A stretch of 20,122 bases of DNA from a virus. Lineage: Duplodnaviria; Heunggongvirae; Uroviricota; Caudoviricetes. Positions 1-8,190 of the stretch are shown here, piece after piece. Positions within the stretch are counted from its first letter, which is position 1, and every line of letters begins with the position of its first letter. The notes below the pieces were generated by a model. It was not told the origin of the DNA. It did not search any database and saw only the letters and a list, made by a program, of their open reading frames with translations. Location: IMG/VR virus record IMGVR_UViG_2671181054_000001, positions 1 through 20,122 of that record. One strand, 5' to 3'. Position numbers and translations under genes: made by a program.

Positions 1-411
1 ATGGCTCAGGTTGCCCTTTTTAAAGAAATATTTGATCAAGTGCGGAAAGATTTAAACTGTGACCGATTTTACTCTGAACTAAAACGTCACAATGTCTCAC
101 ATTACATTTACTATTTAGCCACAGGTAATATTCACGTTGTATTGAAAAATGATAACGCAGTGTTAATAAAAGGACTTGAGGAGGTTGTGAATGTTAAATT
201 TCGCAGAGACACGCGACTTATAGAAACTTACTCTCATAAGTTGAAATCAAGAGAAATCACATTTCATGAATACAGGGAAAATCTGGCTAAGGCTGGAGTT
301 TTCCGATGGGTTACAAATGTCCATGAACACAAAAGGTATTACTATACCTTTGACAACTCATTATTGTTTACCGAAAGCATTCAGAACACGACACAATTTT
401 TTCCACGCTAA
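1..411 (+). CDS. DUF1398-family prophage protein (YbcV/YdfO-like), 136 aa
   Basis: 136-aa ORF starting at window edge; size and position next to bor match the DLP12 ybcV arrangement as I recall it. Assignment is from memory. Confidence 0.5.
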   Translation: MAQVALFKEIFDQVRKDLNCDRFYSELKRHNVSHYIYYLATGNIHVVLKNDNAVLIKGLEEVVNVKFRRDTRLIETYSHKLKSREITFHEYRENLAKAGVFRWVTNVHEHKRYYYTFDNSLLFTESIQNTTQFFPR

Positions 412-635
412 ACCATATCGCCCGGTTTAATCCCCCTCACTATCCGGCACTCCCACACAGGAGTTACCAGTCGGTACTGAGGACATAGTTAATCCGGGAA
501 TACAATGAAAATACAGCACATCTGGCATACTTTAATAAACATTAAAAATATGAGATTTCAACTCATTGTTTAGGTTTTGTTTAAATTTCTACAAATACGA
601 TTCAACAACCTTAAAAACACAACGGGAATAACACT

Positions 636-929
636 ATGAAAAAAACGCTACTCACTTTCACGCTGGCCCTGCTTATCTCTGGATGTGCTCAACAGACGTT
701 TACTGTTGAAAACCAACCGACAACAGTAACACCGAAGGAAACCATCACTCATCATTTCTTCGTTTCTGGAATTGGTCAGAAGAAAACTGTCGATGCAGCC
801 AAAATTTGTGGTGGCGCAGAAAAAGTTGTTAAGACTGAAACCCAGCAAACATTCGTAAATGGATTGCTCGGTTTTATCACTTTCGGCATTTATACTCCGC
901 TGGAAGCTCGGGTATATTGCTCACAATAA
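636..929 (+). CDS. bor: Bor-family outer-membrane lipoprotein (serum-resistance, Bor/Iss family)
   Basis: 97 aa; signal peptide plus lipobox LLISGC; near-identical in layout to lambda Bor (CAQQTFTV...ETITHHFFVSGIGQKK...EARVYCSQ); located opposite the lysis genes as in lambda. Confidence 0.9.
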   Translation: MKKTLLTFTLALLISGCAQQTFTVENQPTTVTPKETITHHFFVSGIGQKKTVDAAKICGGAEKVVKTETQQTFVNGLLGFITFGIYTPLEARVYCSQ

Positions 930-936
930 TATCATA

Positions 937-960
937 AGTTGCCCATCTCGATGGGCAACT
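937..960. terminator. Perfect 10-bp stem / 4-nt loop hairpin directly after bor stop; possible terminator, no clear U-tract
   Basis: agttgcccat-ctcg-atgggcaact at 937-960, 8 nt after the bor stop codon. Confidence 0.3.
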
Positions 961-1246
961 CTATCTGCACTTGATGCGCAAATAACAACCTCCAAAAGAA
1001 AAATAGCAAAAGCAGACCGTGTCACATAAAGACGTGCAGTTACTTTCTTTTCTATTCCTTTCATAACGGACGGCTTTAAAAGAAGATTTATACGATCTGC
1101 CGAGGATTTTTCTCTGTACTCACTGATTCATATTCTCCTCTTTGTTTGGTATAAAAACCGAACTCTTTCTCCAGTCGTTTTTCTTGTTCGGTAAGTCTAA
1201 TAACAAGCTAACCGCAGGTTGGATTTACTGGCCTCATTAATGCCAA

Positions 1247-1792
1247 CTACACCACCACGCGCTCTTTCATCCAGCCATACACGAACGATTCATTAGCCTC
1301 ACGTTTTTCTGCCAGTTCAAGGTAGCGATCTCCCTGCGTACAGTTTAGCGCTGTCAGAATCACCAACTCACCATCCCTGCCACGTTTTGACAAATAGGCG
1401 CGTAACGCATTAATGGTACGTGGGCCGATACAACCATCTGCATCAATGTCCGGATACAACTCTCCTTTCTGGTTAAATACATTAAGCCAGCGCTGAAGCA
1501 TTCTGGATGCCACTGACGGCCCCATGTTTACGCCGGTATCACACAATTCAGCAGCGATCTCCGGAGACAGGCTCGCAACCTTGTGAAAACGTGGCCCGTA
1601 CCAGTAGTCCGCTTCAAGAATTTCGAGGGCCTGCCCACGCGTCAGGTCACGAATATCCCCCTGATAACCGTGTGCACGGGCAACTTTTCCAGTAATGCCC
1701 CATTTAGTCGGACCACCTTTATCATCAGGGTGGTTGACGTAGCCGCCCTCTTTGCCAAGAACAGCATCAAAAATTTCATCTTTCGACTTCAT
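1247..1792 (-). CDS. Endolysin, glycoside hydrolase family 108 N-terminal domain with C-terminal peptidoglycan-binding domain
   Basis: Start taken at internal Met (MKSKDEIF) preceded by AAGG and abutting the upstream gene stop (TGAgATG). Motif EGGYVNHPDDKGGPTKWGIT is characteristic of GH108 lysozymes. No N-terminal hydrophobic segment, so not a SAR endolysin. Confidence 0.8.
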   Translation of the reverse strand: MKSKDEIFDAVLGKEGGYVNHPDDKGGPTKWGITGKVARAHGYQGDIRDLTRGQALEILEADYWYGPRFHKVASLSPEIAAELCDTGVNMGPSVASRMLQRWLNVFNQKGELYPDIDADGCIGPRTINALRAYLSKRGRDGELVILTALNCTQGDRYLELAEKREANESFVYGWMKERVVV

Positions 1793-1793
1793 C

Positions 1794-2072
1794 TCAGCGC
1801 CTTCGTAATACAAAGATTTTTGAAACGTTCCCACGAGCACGAACCACCAGCACGCAGAACAGCAGGTTAAAAAACACTTCCAGCCAGCCCGTTGCTAACG
1901 GGCGACCACACAGATAGCTGAGGGGCGCAAAGGCATACAGCAGCATCAGCAACCAGGCCAGCCATGACATCAGCGGTTTATGTCTGGAATCACGACGACG
2001 ATAAAAAAAGAGCGTCAGCACGATAACCGTGCATAACGCCACATTCAGCAATCCGGGAAGGTTACTTAACAT
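1794..2072 (-). CDS. Small membrane protein of lysis cassette (holin/antiholin-like), about 92 aa
   Basis: Two to three hydrophobic helices (LLNVALCTVIVLTLFF, LAWLLMLLYAFAPL, VFFNLLFCVLVV); overlaps upstream holin by 11 nt and abuts endolysin start. Confidence 0.5.
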   Translation of the reverse strand: MLSNLPGLLNVALCTVIVLTLFFYRRRDSRHKPLMSWLAWLLMLLYAFAPLSYLCGRPLATGWLEVFFNLLFCVLVVRARGNVSKIFVLRRR

Positions 2073-2454
2073 TGCCGCCTCCTCCACCCCGCAGGCGGGA
2101 GAACAGGCCGGACACCAGCGATGCAATATCCTGCTGGTGGATGAACGAGAGAATCTTCACCGACACCACCGCCACCAGCACCGCACACAGAGCATCCGCC
2201 GATGTACCGTCATAACCTGTTTTTGATGCAATCCAGGCTGACAGCACATGCGCACCCAGCACGCCAACGATAAACGACACCAGAAAATGCGCTGCCACAC
2301 GCCAGGCAGATAGTGCCTGCGGCATTGTGGCCACAAACAGCGCCCCGGCAAATGCGCCAAACACAATCCCGAAATCCGTTCCGGTAAACAGCCCGAATAC
2401 CGTCGCCCCGCCGAGCGCCGCAGCCGTGCCGGAACCGGATAAGGGTTCAGACAT
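2062..2454 (-). CDS. Phage holin-like multi-TM membrane protein, about 130 aa
   Basis: Start at MSEPLSG with GGAG 7 nt upstream; Gly/Ala-rich hydrophobic helices; first gene of lysis cassette immediately after a terminator. Confidence 0.6.
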   Translation of the reverse strand: MSEPLSGSGTAAALGGATVFGLFTGTDFGIVFGAFAGALFVATMPQALSAWRVAAHFLVSFIVGVLGAHVLSAWIASKTGYDGTSADALCAVLVAVVSVKILSFIHQQDIASLVSGLFSRLRGGGGGNVK

Positions 2455-2471
2455 ACTTTTTCTCCTGTAAA

Positions 2472-2496
2472 TAAAAAAGGGCCACTGTCGGCCCGT
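2472..2496 (-). terminator. Rho-independent terminator (minus strand) immediately upstream of holin RBS
   Basis: GGGCC-actgtc-GGCCC stem followed on the minus strand by TTTTTTAT. Confidence 0.4.
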
Positions 2497-2582
2497 AAAA
2501 AAACAACACCCCGTCAAAGGCACCCGCAGATACCTTTTGTGTGGTGTTATCTGATGTGATGTGCGCCGGACGTGGCGCGGAT

Positions 2583-2608
2583 ATAAAAAAGGCCCGCCGC
2601 AGCGAGCC
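2583..2608 (-). terminator. Rho-independent terminator (minus strand) just after AraC-family gene stop
   Basis: Imperfect 6-7 bp GC stem (ggctcgc/gcgggcc on minus strand, one G-U) followed by TTTTTTATAT. Confidence 0.4.
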
Positions 2609-2633
2609 TGTTTTCAATGAGTGCAAAATTCAA

Positions 2634-3377
2634 TTATTCTTGAGTAACACTTAAACTCATCTCATTGAATGCAGCCATCCTGTAACCTGCCGGTGTAACA
2701 CCAAAATAACTCCTGAATACGCTGATAAAATAAGATGTAAAATTATAGCCACACTGAGCAGCGATTCTGTTGATGGCGCAACGAGATTGATTCAACAGCA
2801 TTGCTGCCATTCTCATTCTCTCTGTAAGCAACAACTCACTGAAACAGGTGCCTTCTTCTTTCAGTCTTTTTTTTAACAAACTTTCACTGATACATAACCG
2901 CGAAGACACATCTCTCAGAGTCCAGTTTGCTGCAATGTCCGTACGAAACAATGCACTAAGCCTGTCACTAATATTGCCAATACACGCGGTCAGAAACGAC
3001 GAAAACATTTTCTCTGATGAGAAAAACGCCAGACACGAAAAGGAAAGCATTTCCGCTAAATTGTCCGTATGAATCTTTTCCTCACAAAGATAATCAATCA
3101 GGATGCCCATCAATTCTGCCTTGGGAAAACTCACGCAAAGATATCGTGGTATTTGCCGGACTAAAACTACATCCTGTTTTTCGTCTCCACACAACAGGTA
3201 ACGGATAATTGTCGATTCACTGAGACTTATTCGCCGAAAACATTCCGAAAAGGGCAATAACGATCCAGCTCCCCCCCTGACAAGAAGTGCACTACCACTT
3301 TCAAGAGAGAGCTCTTTTCCTTCAAAGAGCACAACAAACGGGGAATGAACAAAAACAACAGAACAGGCTTCATTCAT
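2634..3377 (-). CDS. AraC-family transcriptional regulator, AppY/EnvY-like (about 248 aa)
   Basis: C-terminal double HTH typical of AraC family (WTLRDVSSRLCISESLLKKRLKEEGTCFSELL...CGYNFTSYFISVFRSYFGVTPAGY). Start chosen at MNEACSVVF (AppY-like N-terminus as recalled) because the longer frame would run through the upstream terminator. Confidence 0.75.
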   Translation of the reverse strand: MNEACSVVFVHSPFVVLFEGKELSLESGSALLVRGGAGSLLPFSECFRRISLSESTIIRYLLCGDEKQDVVLVRQIPRYLCVSFPKAELMGILIDYLCEEKIHTDNLAEMLSFSCLAFFSSEKMFSSFLTACIGNISDRLSALFRTDIAANWTLRDVSSRLCISESLLKKRLKEEGTCFSELLLTERMRMAAMLLNQSRCAINRIAAQCGYNFTSYFISVFRSYFGVTPAGYRMAAFNEMSLSVTQE

Positions 3378-3495
3378 ATCAATTGCCCTGACATTACTGG
3401 TCACAAGATAAGTATATATCGATTTACAAAAATACAAGCCGAAAGACCAGTATTCGCAACCACCAGCACGTTTTATGTTCTCTGCCGTTTTTCGG

Positions 3496-3523
3496 ACATA
3501 AAAAACCCGCTCAATGGCGGGTT
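3496..3523 (-). terminator. Rho-independent terminator (minus strand) 85 nt downstream of Q stop; tR'-like
   Basis: Minus-strand RNA AACCCGC-CAUUGA-GCGGGUU followed by UUUAUG; 7-bp stem. Confidence 0.55.
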
Positions 3524-3606
3524 GTATCAAAGTTCATGCGCTTGGTTCACCTCGCGATACAGCTTTGCGAAGCTTAGCAAAATTGAAGCGGTTTATGCGT
3601 AAAAAA

Positions 3607-4149
3607 TCAAGCCGTTTTTTGAGCGAATGATTCTCGCATAGGAATGTATAGCGCATACTCAGCAACGGCCAACCAATTAGCAATTCGCTTTTCGCATGTG
3701 CTAAAACACCACTCTGGGTGTGCATCATTTAGCAATTCAGCCATTTTGCGTTTGGTCATCCCCCGCCCCTCATACCGTTGACGAAGGACGCTAATCAATC
3801 CTGGATGCTCTGCCAGCACCTCACTTATGACCCGATCAATACATAACGCCTCTGCATCAGTACAATGCGCCAGCCAGCTCTTTTGCTTACCGTTAATCAT
3901 ATCCCGCAAAAAAGCCTCAAGTTCAGACTTGTTCAGACCTGCTTTTTTCATCCTCCGGAGCGCCTCGTTAATTGCCGTTTTTGTCAGCTTTTTAGAGGCC
4001 AACAACTGGTTGAACATATTCCCCGTCTTACCGCCGCCAATATACGACCAGCGCCCCCACATGCGCAGTTTTCCCTGAATCCAGACACTTTCCAGCGTGG
4101 TGAGACGAAGGTGTTCCCCGCTTTTGCCTATATTTGTTGGGTAAATCAT
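3607..4149 (-). CDS. Q: Late-gene antitermination protein Q-like (about 180 aa)
   Basis: Position immediately upstream of terminator and lysis cassette; start at MIYPTNIG with GGAGAAAGGAAGG upstream and ATGA overlap with the preceding gene. Family assignment is from position and general resemblance, not verified. Confidence 0.55.
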   Translation of the reverse strand: MIYPTNIGKSGEHLRLTTLESVWIQGKLRMWGRWSYIGGGKTGNMFNQLLASKKLTKTAINEALRRMKKAGLNKSELEAFLRDMINGKQKSWLAHCTDAEALCIDRVISEVLAEHPGLISVLRQRYEGRGMTKRKMAELLNDAHPEWCFSTCEKRIANWLAVAEYALYIPMRESFAQKTA

Positions 4150-4436
4150 AAATAACCTTCCTTTCTCCAGATTTCTTGCGTGCGAAAAACACCTTCTGCA
4201 TGCATCAGGCGTAATTCTTCTTTGGTGTAATCGCTTGTTTTTACCCGCCAGTCGATTAGATCGTGGCATGAGCTACAGGCTATCGCCGCCTGCATATCGT
4301 GTGGTTTTGTCGCTGTTCCGCACGTCCCCGCCAGCCTGTAATGCGCCAGCACAGAGGTTTCGGGATTGTGATTGCAGTAGCCAGGGATTCTGATCTGGCA
4401 CATCTGGCCTTTAGCCGCTTTACGTAAATTCACCAT
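4146..4436 (-). CDS. DUF1364-family nin-region protein (YbcO-like), Cys-rich putative metal-binding nuclease
   Basis: 96 aa; resembles DLP12 YbcO (LRKAA.G..CQ.RIPG.CN.NPETSVLAH.RL.G.CGT.TKP...A.IACS.CH) as recalled; TAATG overlap with upstream gene. Confidence 0.6.
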   Translation of the reverse strand: MVNLRKAAKGQMCQIRIPGYCNHNPETSVLAHYRLAGTCGTATKPHDMQAAIACSSCHDLIDWRVKTSDYTKEELRLMHAEGVFRTQEIWRKEGYL

Positions 4437-5035
4437 TACGCAAACTCCAGTAGTTGTGCGGCCACATTTACAACTTCCTCCTGAGAGGAGAATTTACGGA
4501 ACAGAATCCAGTTCCACAGCATATTCAGTACAGATTTATAAACCTGCTGAAACTCGACTTCGTCCATATTCGCAAACGCGATGGATTTCGCCCGACGCCC
4601 ACGGCTACCATCAGGATAAAAATGCTCTGTGTAAAATCCGGCCTGAATGGTTACCCACTCGCGGAAAGCCTCAAACGACTTTAGCAATGCCGTATCCCGG
4701 GTTCTGCGTGTCGCAACGGTATTCAGATATTGCTCTGCGGCACCACTCAGGGCTGGAGTATGTTCCCGACCTACTGATTCGCACAGGTAATCAACGAAGC
4801 CTGATACCAGTTCTCGTTCTCGAGGCGTGATCGCCCCACCGATCGGAGTCCAGTAATCGAATCCCAGTTGCAGGAGTTTGAAAAAACGCTTGTGGAATGC
4901 ATAGTTACGCACACGCTTAAAGTCTGCGTGTATCCACTCGCCTATTTTGATTTGATGCAGAAAATCGCAACTCTCCGGCGTCGCCGGGAGAAGTAAACCA
5001 GAAGAAGTTTGTTTGACCAGTTGTATATGCGCCAT
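4436..5035 (-). CDS. Phage nin-region protein, possibly DUF1367 family (199 aa)
   Basis: ORF with GGAGA SD 6 nt upstream of ATG; syntenic with YbcO-like gene. DUF assignment is from memory and uncertain. Confidence 0.5.
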   Translation of the reverse strand: MAHIQLVKQTSSGLLLPATPESCDFLHQIKIGEWIHADFKRVRNYAFHKRFFKLLQLGFDYWTPIGGAITPRERELVSGFVDYLCESVGREHTPALSGAAEQYLNTVATRRTRDTALLKSFEAFREWVTIQAGFYTEHFYPDGSRGRRAKSIAFANMDEVEFQQVYKSVLNMLWNWILFRKFSSQEEVVNVAAQLLEFA

Positions 5036-5106
5036 CGTAGTTCTCCGCTGGCGCAGTAGAATGGGTGTTCAGCCCGTTGTGCAGTATACCAGAATTAATA
5101 CCAATA

Positions 5107-5358
5107 CTAACAGGATGCTCTGACTCGCAATTCATCCAGCAGTTTATCATTTCCCATAATGTCACTTAACCTCATCGGTAAAAAAATTGCCTTTCGCCCA
5201 TTACGATACATCATTGATTTTTGGTTTTCAGGGAAGTAATCCATTTCGACTATAACTGACAGGTCATCACGACGTATGACTGCGTATTTGCTACTAAATA
5301 GTTTCTTTATTTTTTCCACGATGCCTCCAAGTTTATAAGTACAAGAGGTTATATCCAC
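5107..5358 (-). CDS. Hypothetical small protein (70-83 aa; start uncertain, possible GTG start with GGAGG)
   Basis: ORF in moderately AT-rich DNA at edge of the island; no family recognised; ATG at 5358 lacks an SD, internal GTG is preceded by GGAGG. Confidence 0.35.
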   Translation of the reverse strand: MDITSCTYKLGGIVEKIKKLFSSKYAVIRRDDLSVIVEMDYFPENQKSMMYRNGRKAIFLPMRLSDIMGNDKLLDELRVRASC

Positions 5359-6207
5359 ATAGAGACAAAAATATTAATCTTAAAAATATTTATTTCACGC
5401 CGTATATTTGTTTGTTTTATGCGCAGGCACAATGACTTTTATTTATTGTTATGCATATAATCAAATAAGTGATTGTTTTTTGCTCTTCAGATTCAGCAGG
5501 CAAAATGCATAAGGGCTGAAAGTGCTCGCATATAATACCTAATTTACTATCACTATATTCTAAGCACTTACCAGGTGATTAGGAACGGAACCCAGTACCG
5601 TGCGAATTTTAATTATGTGCTGGGACCAAACGGTCTGAAATGTCTTCATTGGTGACGATGATTACTCTTACTTTTTGATTTTAATATTCCGGCAATAATT
5701 TTAATAAAAATCTGTTTTAACTCTGCATTTTGCTGATTCTCCGAAGAAACTATCCATCTCTACGAGGAGATCAAATGTCGTTTCAAATCAGTATGTTGAG
5801 TATAAAAATCATGCCATAAATAGAAAACTAATTCGTCTGTATAGCAGTAATATTTCTGAAAATTAGTAGGATACTGTGGTAAAGAAATTCATTTCCAAGT
5901 AATTGGTAAACGCATTTGATTTGATTTTTTGTATGGGCTGTACTGGCTAAATAACATCCGATACTTGCCAGCACTAGCGATTGCTATTGATGAGAACAAT
6001 AGTGGCATCCGGCAAAGCATTTTGTAGGGGGGGTATCAAGCGGTGCTAACGCATTGCGGTAAAAATTCTGTCACACTTGGCGAGCAGGCATAGAGATGAT
6101 CTCATTGAATTGGTTGCAATCACAAAACACTATGCCTGCCTTTTCTATTCGCCCATTGCTGGGGAGTCCACAGCACTACTGCAGCTTTTTAGTACGATGA
6201 ACAGCTA

Positions 6208-8190
6208 TTAAGTAATTTCAGAGGTATCTATCACTTTCTCAGGAGTTGTAGATAACAATTCTTTCATACGCTGATCTTCGGGAGCACGAGAAGACAGGTG
6301 TTCTAAAAACTCACGCCATTGACGCTTTGCATCAGACAGAAGGTCATCCCAAGTTAATGTATACATTTCTTGTTCTCTCAATGTTTTCAGTTTCATATTT
6401 AACGTTGCATTTCTCTTTAAAAAATCATCAGCAACTAGATAACCGGAAACTCGCTTGAATGGACTTCCTGTTGCAGAGTCTAAATAAACTCTGAAAGTAT
6501 TAACATACTCCTCAAAGCGATTGATGTGATCTTTATCTATTTTCAGCCCTGGCCTCATGAATTCAAGTACAAGCAAATGTTCACCACTTGAAAGAACTAA
6601 GTCAACCCTTCCTTTAAAGCTTGGATCGTGTTCAATGTCTGATTCTTTTGCTGCTTCTCTAGCGATATGCTGGACATTTTTCTCAATAGCATAAGTCTCC
6701 CATTTTGGAGCTATCAGCCAAGGATTCTTCGCAATATAGTCTCGAACAGCATTTTCTAATTCTTTAGTGCGTATTCTAGTCTCAAGACCACTTATAGTAT
6801 CAAGCTTAGCTTTAACTGATTCTGCTGTGTGTAAAGCCTGAATTGTATTTGCTTCGATCAATATCTCAAGCAATTTCGTTTCATCCATATCAGGAACGGA
6901 AGCAACGCTTCTTATAAGCTCTTTTAGACGCCCTCCCTCCCATGCAGTGAGGATAGAGTTGCCTATATGCCTAAATTGCTCTGCACCGATTTGTTGGATT
7001 GATGCAATTCGTTTCAAAGCCATTATAACCGTTTTTTTCTCTACACCTAGTTTATCTAGCCTACTTCTGAAATCATCAATTTTACTTTCAATCAGTTTGG
7101 TTTTTTCATCTGCCCGCCGATCTTTCCAGATTTTTAATAATTCGCGAACACGTTTCTGTCCCCACTCTTCTAATTTGGCAAGGTGGTGACTACTCCAATT
7201 CAATCTTTGTCGTTCAGTAGAAATCACATCATCATTAAACTCATCCAAATAATCAGCAATTACAGCCCCTGTCATATATTCAGGACCATTTTGACTTGGC
7301 AACCCTCCAGTCAAGTTAAACATAAACGGCCTTTGTGCTAATTTTTTGTGAGCGTAAATCGAGATACCTTGCAACTCATCATCCTTGATTGTTTCTTTTA
7401 AGAAAAACACTCTCCATTTTATCTCATAACCATCAACGATTTCTTTTCCATACCCCAAACTGTCAATCTCCGTAAGAGAATCAGGTTTTTCATCTACAGT
7501 ATAATCTTTTGGAAAACTATATTCTGCAGTGGCAAGAAAATTTTCGACTGGCATGGGGGTATTATTAATACGAACTAAAAATTCATCGCCGCCAGAATTG
7601 ATCGCAAACCTTCTCGCCATAGATGTAGCAAAAGAAGACTCATTTAACAATCTATTTATTTTCAATGACTTAAGTGTTACTGTTGTTCCATGATTTTCTT
7701 TTTCTAATTCTGAAGGGCCTGTGCGGAAGGTCACATCAATAGCCATACTTTCAGTTTTAACGTAGTCATCTGACGATCTAATCTTATTTATATCCAAAGT
7801 AAAACTAGTTTTTTCACCTGTTTCTTGGCTAGTAGTACAAATTTCTATAATCTCAGCAATACCAAAACCAGCAAACTTTCCGATACCTTTTCTTCCCATT
7901 AAGTCTCGATTGAATAATTTCGACTTCGCTACAGGATTATCTTTCCTTTTATCAAAACCAACCGTAAGAAATTTCTTTTGACATTCTTCAAATGTCATTC
8001 CAATACCATTGTCTTTTATAACAATAGTTCTATTTTCATGCGTGGGTAGTGTAATATTAACTTCGGTTGCATCCGCGTCCCAAGCATTAGAAACCATTTC
8101 AGCTATTGCTGCTGTTGGACTTTGATACATTTGAATACCTAAATGATCAATTATCCTACCATGAAAATTTAGAAATAGTTTATTATCCAT
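6208..8190 (-). CDS. GHKL (Bergerat-fold) ATPase-domain protein, 660 aa, MORC/MutL-like N-terminus with uncharacterised C-terminal region; candidate restriction/defence effector
   Basis: N-terminal motifs AIAEMVSNAWDADATEV (N-box, E-x3-N-A-x-D), IKDNGIGMT (D-x-G-x-G), GRKGIGKFAGFG (G-rich lid). Start ATG has GAGG 6 nt upstream and overlaps the MTase stop by 8 nt. Confidence 0.85.
   Translation of the reverse strand: MDNKLFLNFHGRIIDHLGIQMYQSPTAAIAEMVSNAWDADATEVNITLPTHENRTIVIKDNGIGMTFEECQKKFLTVGFDKRKDNPVAKSKLFNRDLMGRKGIGKFAGFGIAEIIEICTTSQETGEKTSFTLDINKIRSSDDYVKTESMAIDVTFRTGPSELEKENHGTTVTLKSLKINRLLNESSFATSMARRFAINSGGDEFLVRINNTPMPVENFLATAEYSFPKDYTVDEKPDSLTEIDSLGYGKEIVDGYEIKWRVFFLKETIKDDELQGISIYAHKKLAQRPFMFNLTGGLPSQNGPEYMTGAVIADYLDEFNDDVISTERQRLNWSSHHLAKLEEWGQKRVRELLKIWKDRRADEKTKLIESKIDDFRSRLDKLGVEKKTVIMALKRIASIQQIGAEQFRHIGNSILTAWEGGRLKELIRSVASVPDMDETKLLEILIEANTIQALHTAESVKAKLDTISGLETRIRTKELENAVRDYIAKNPWLIAPKWETYAIEKNVQHIAREAAKESDIEHDPSFKGRVDLVLSSGEHLLVLEFMRPGLKIDKDHINRFEEYVNTFRVYLDSATGSPFKRVSGYLVADDFLKRNATLNMKLKTLREQEMYTLTWDDLLSDAKRQWREFLEHLSSRAPEDQRMKELLSTTPEKVIDTSEIT

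Noticed and set aside
921-1064. 47-codon minus-strand ORF (MKGIEKKV...) in the endolysin-bor gap
   Set aside because: Weak SD, overlaps the bor stop and the bor hairpin; treated as part of the possible decayed-gene observation rather than a gene.
1507-1870. Plus-strand ORFs of 62 and 95 aa antisense to the endolysin gene
   Set aside because: Fully embedded antisense in a well-supported CDS, no SD, no recognisable motifs.
2029-2366. ORFs of 65 aa (plus) and 69 aa (minus) overlapping the holin genes
   Set aside because: Overlap or alternative frame of holin CDS; Cys/Arg/His-rich composition typical of out-of-frame translation of GC-rich coding DNA.
2848-3208. Plus-strand ORFs of 74 and 63 aa inside the AraC-family gene
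   Set aside because: Antisense to a CDS with clear AraC HTH; no SD.
3378-3530. N-terminal extension of the AraC ORF (MIQPAIERVFYV... to 3530) and plus-strand 85-aa ORF 3345-3602
   Set aside because: The extension would read through the intrinsic terminator at 3496-3523; the internal Met (MNEACSVVF) matches AppY-like N-termini. The plus-strand ORF spans the terminator and promoter region.
3534-3728. Minus-strand 64-aa ORF overlapping the 3' end of Q
   Set aside because: Alternative frame of Q 3' end running into the terminator region; no independent support.
3827-4155. Plus-strand ORFs of 83 and 96 aa antisense to Q
   Set aside because: Embedded antisense ORFs without SD.
4454-4830. Plus-strand ORFs of 76 and 124 aa antisense to the 199-aa nin-region gene
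   Set aside because: Embedded antisense ORFs; the minus-strand gene has SD and translational coupling.
4917-5165. Minus-strand 82-aa ORF bridging two genes
   Set aside because: Overlaps the 5' end of the 199-aa gene in another frame and the 3' end of the 83-aa ORF; no SD.
6947-7189. Plus-strand 80-aa ORF inside the GHKL gene
   Set aside because: Antisense within a CDS that has clear ATPase motifs; Ser/Leu-rich low-complexity translation.
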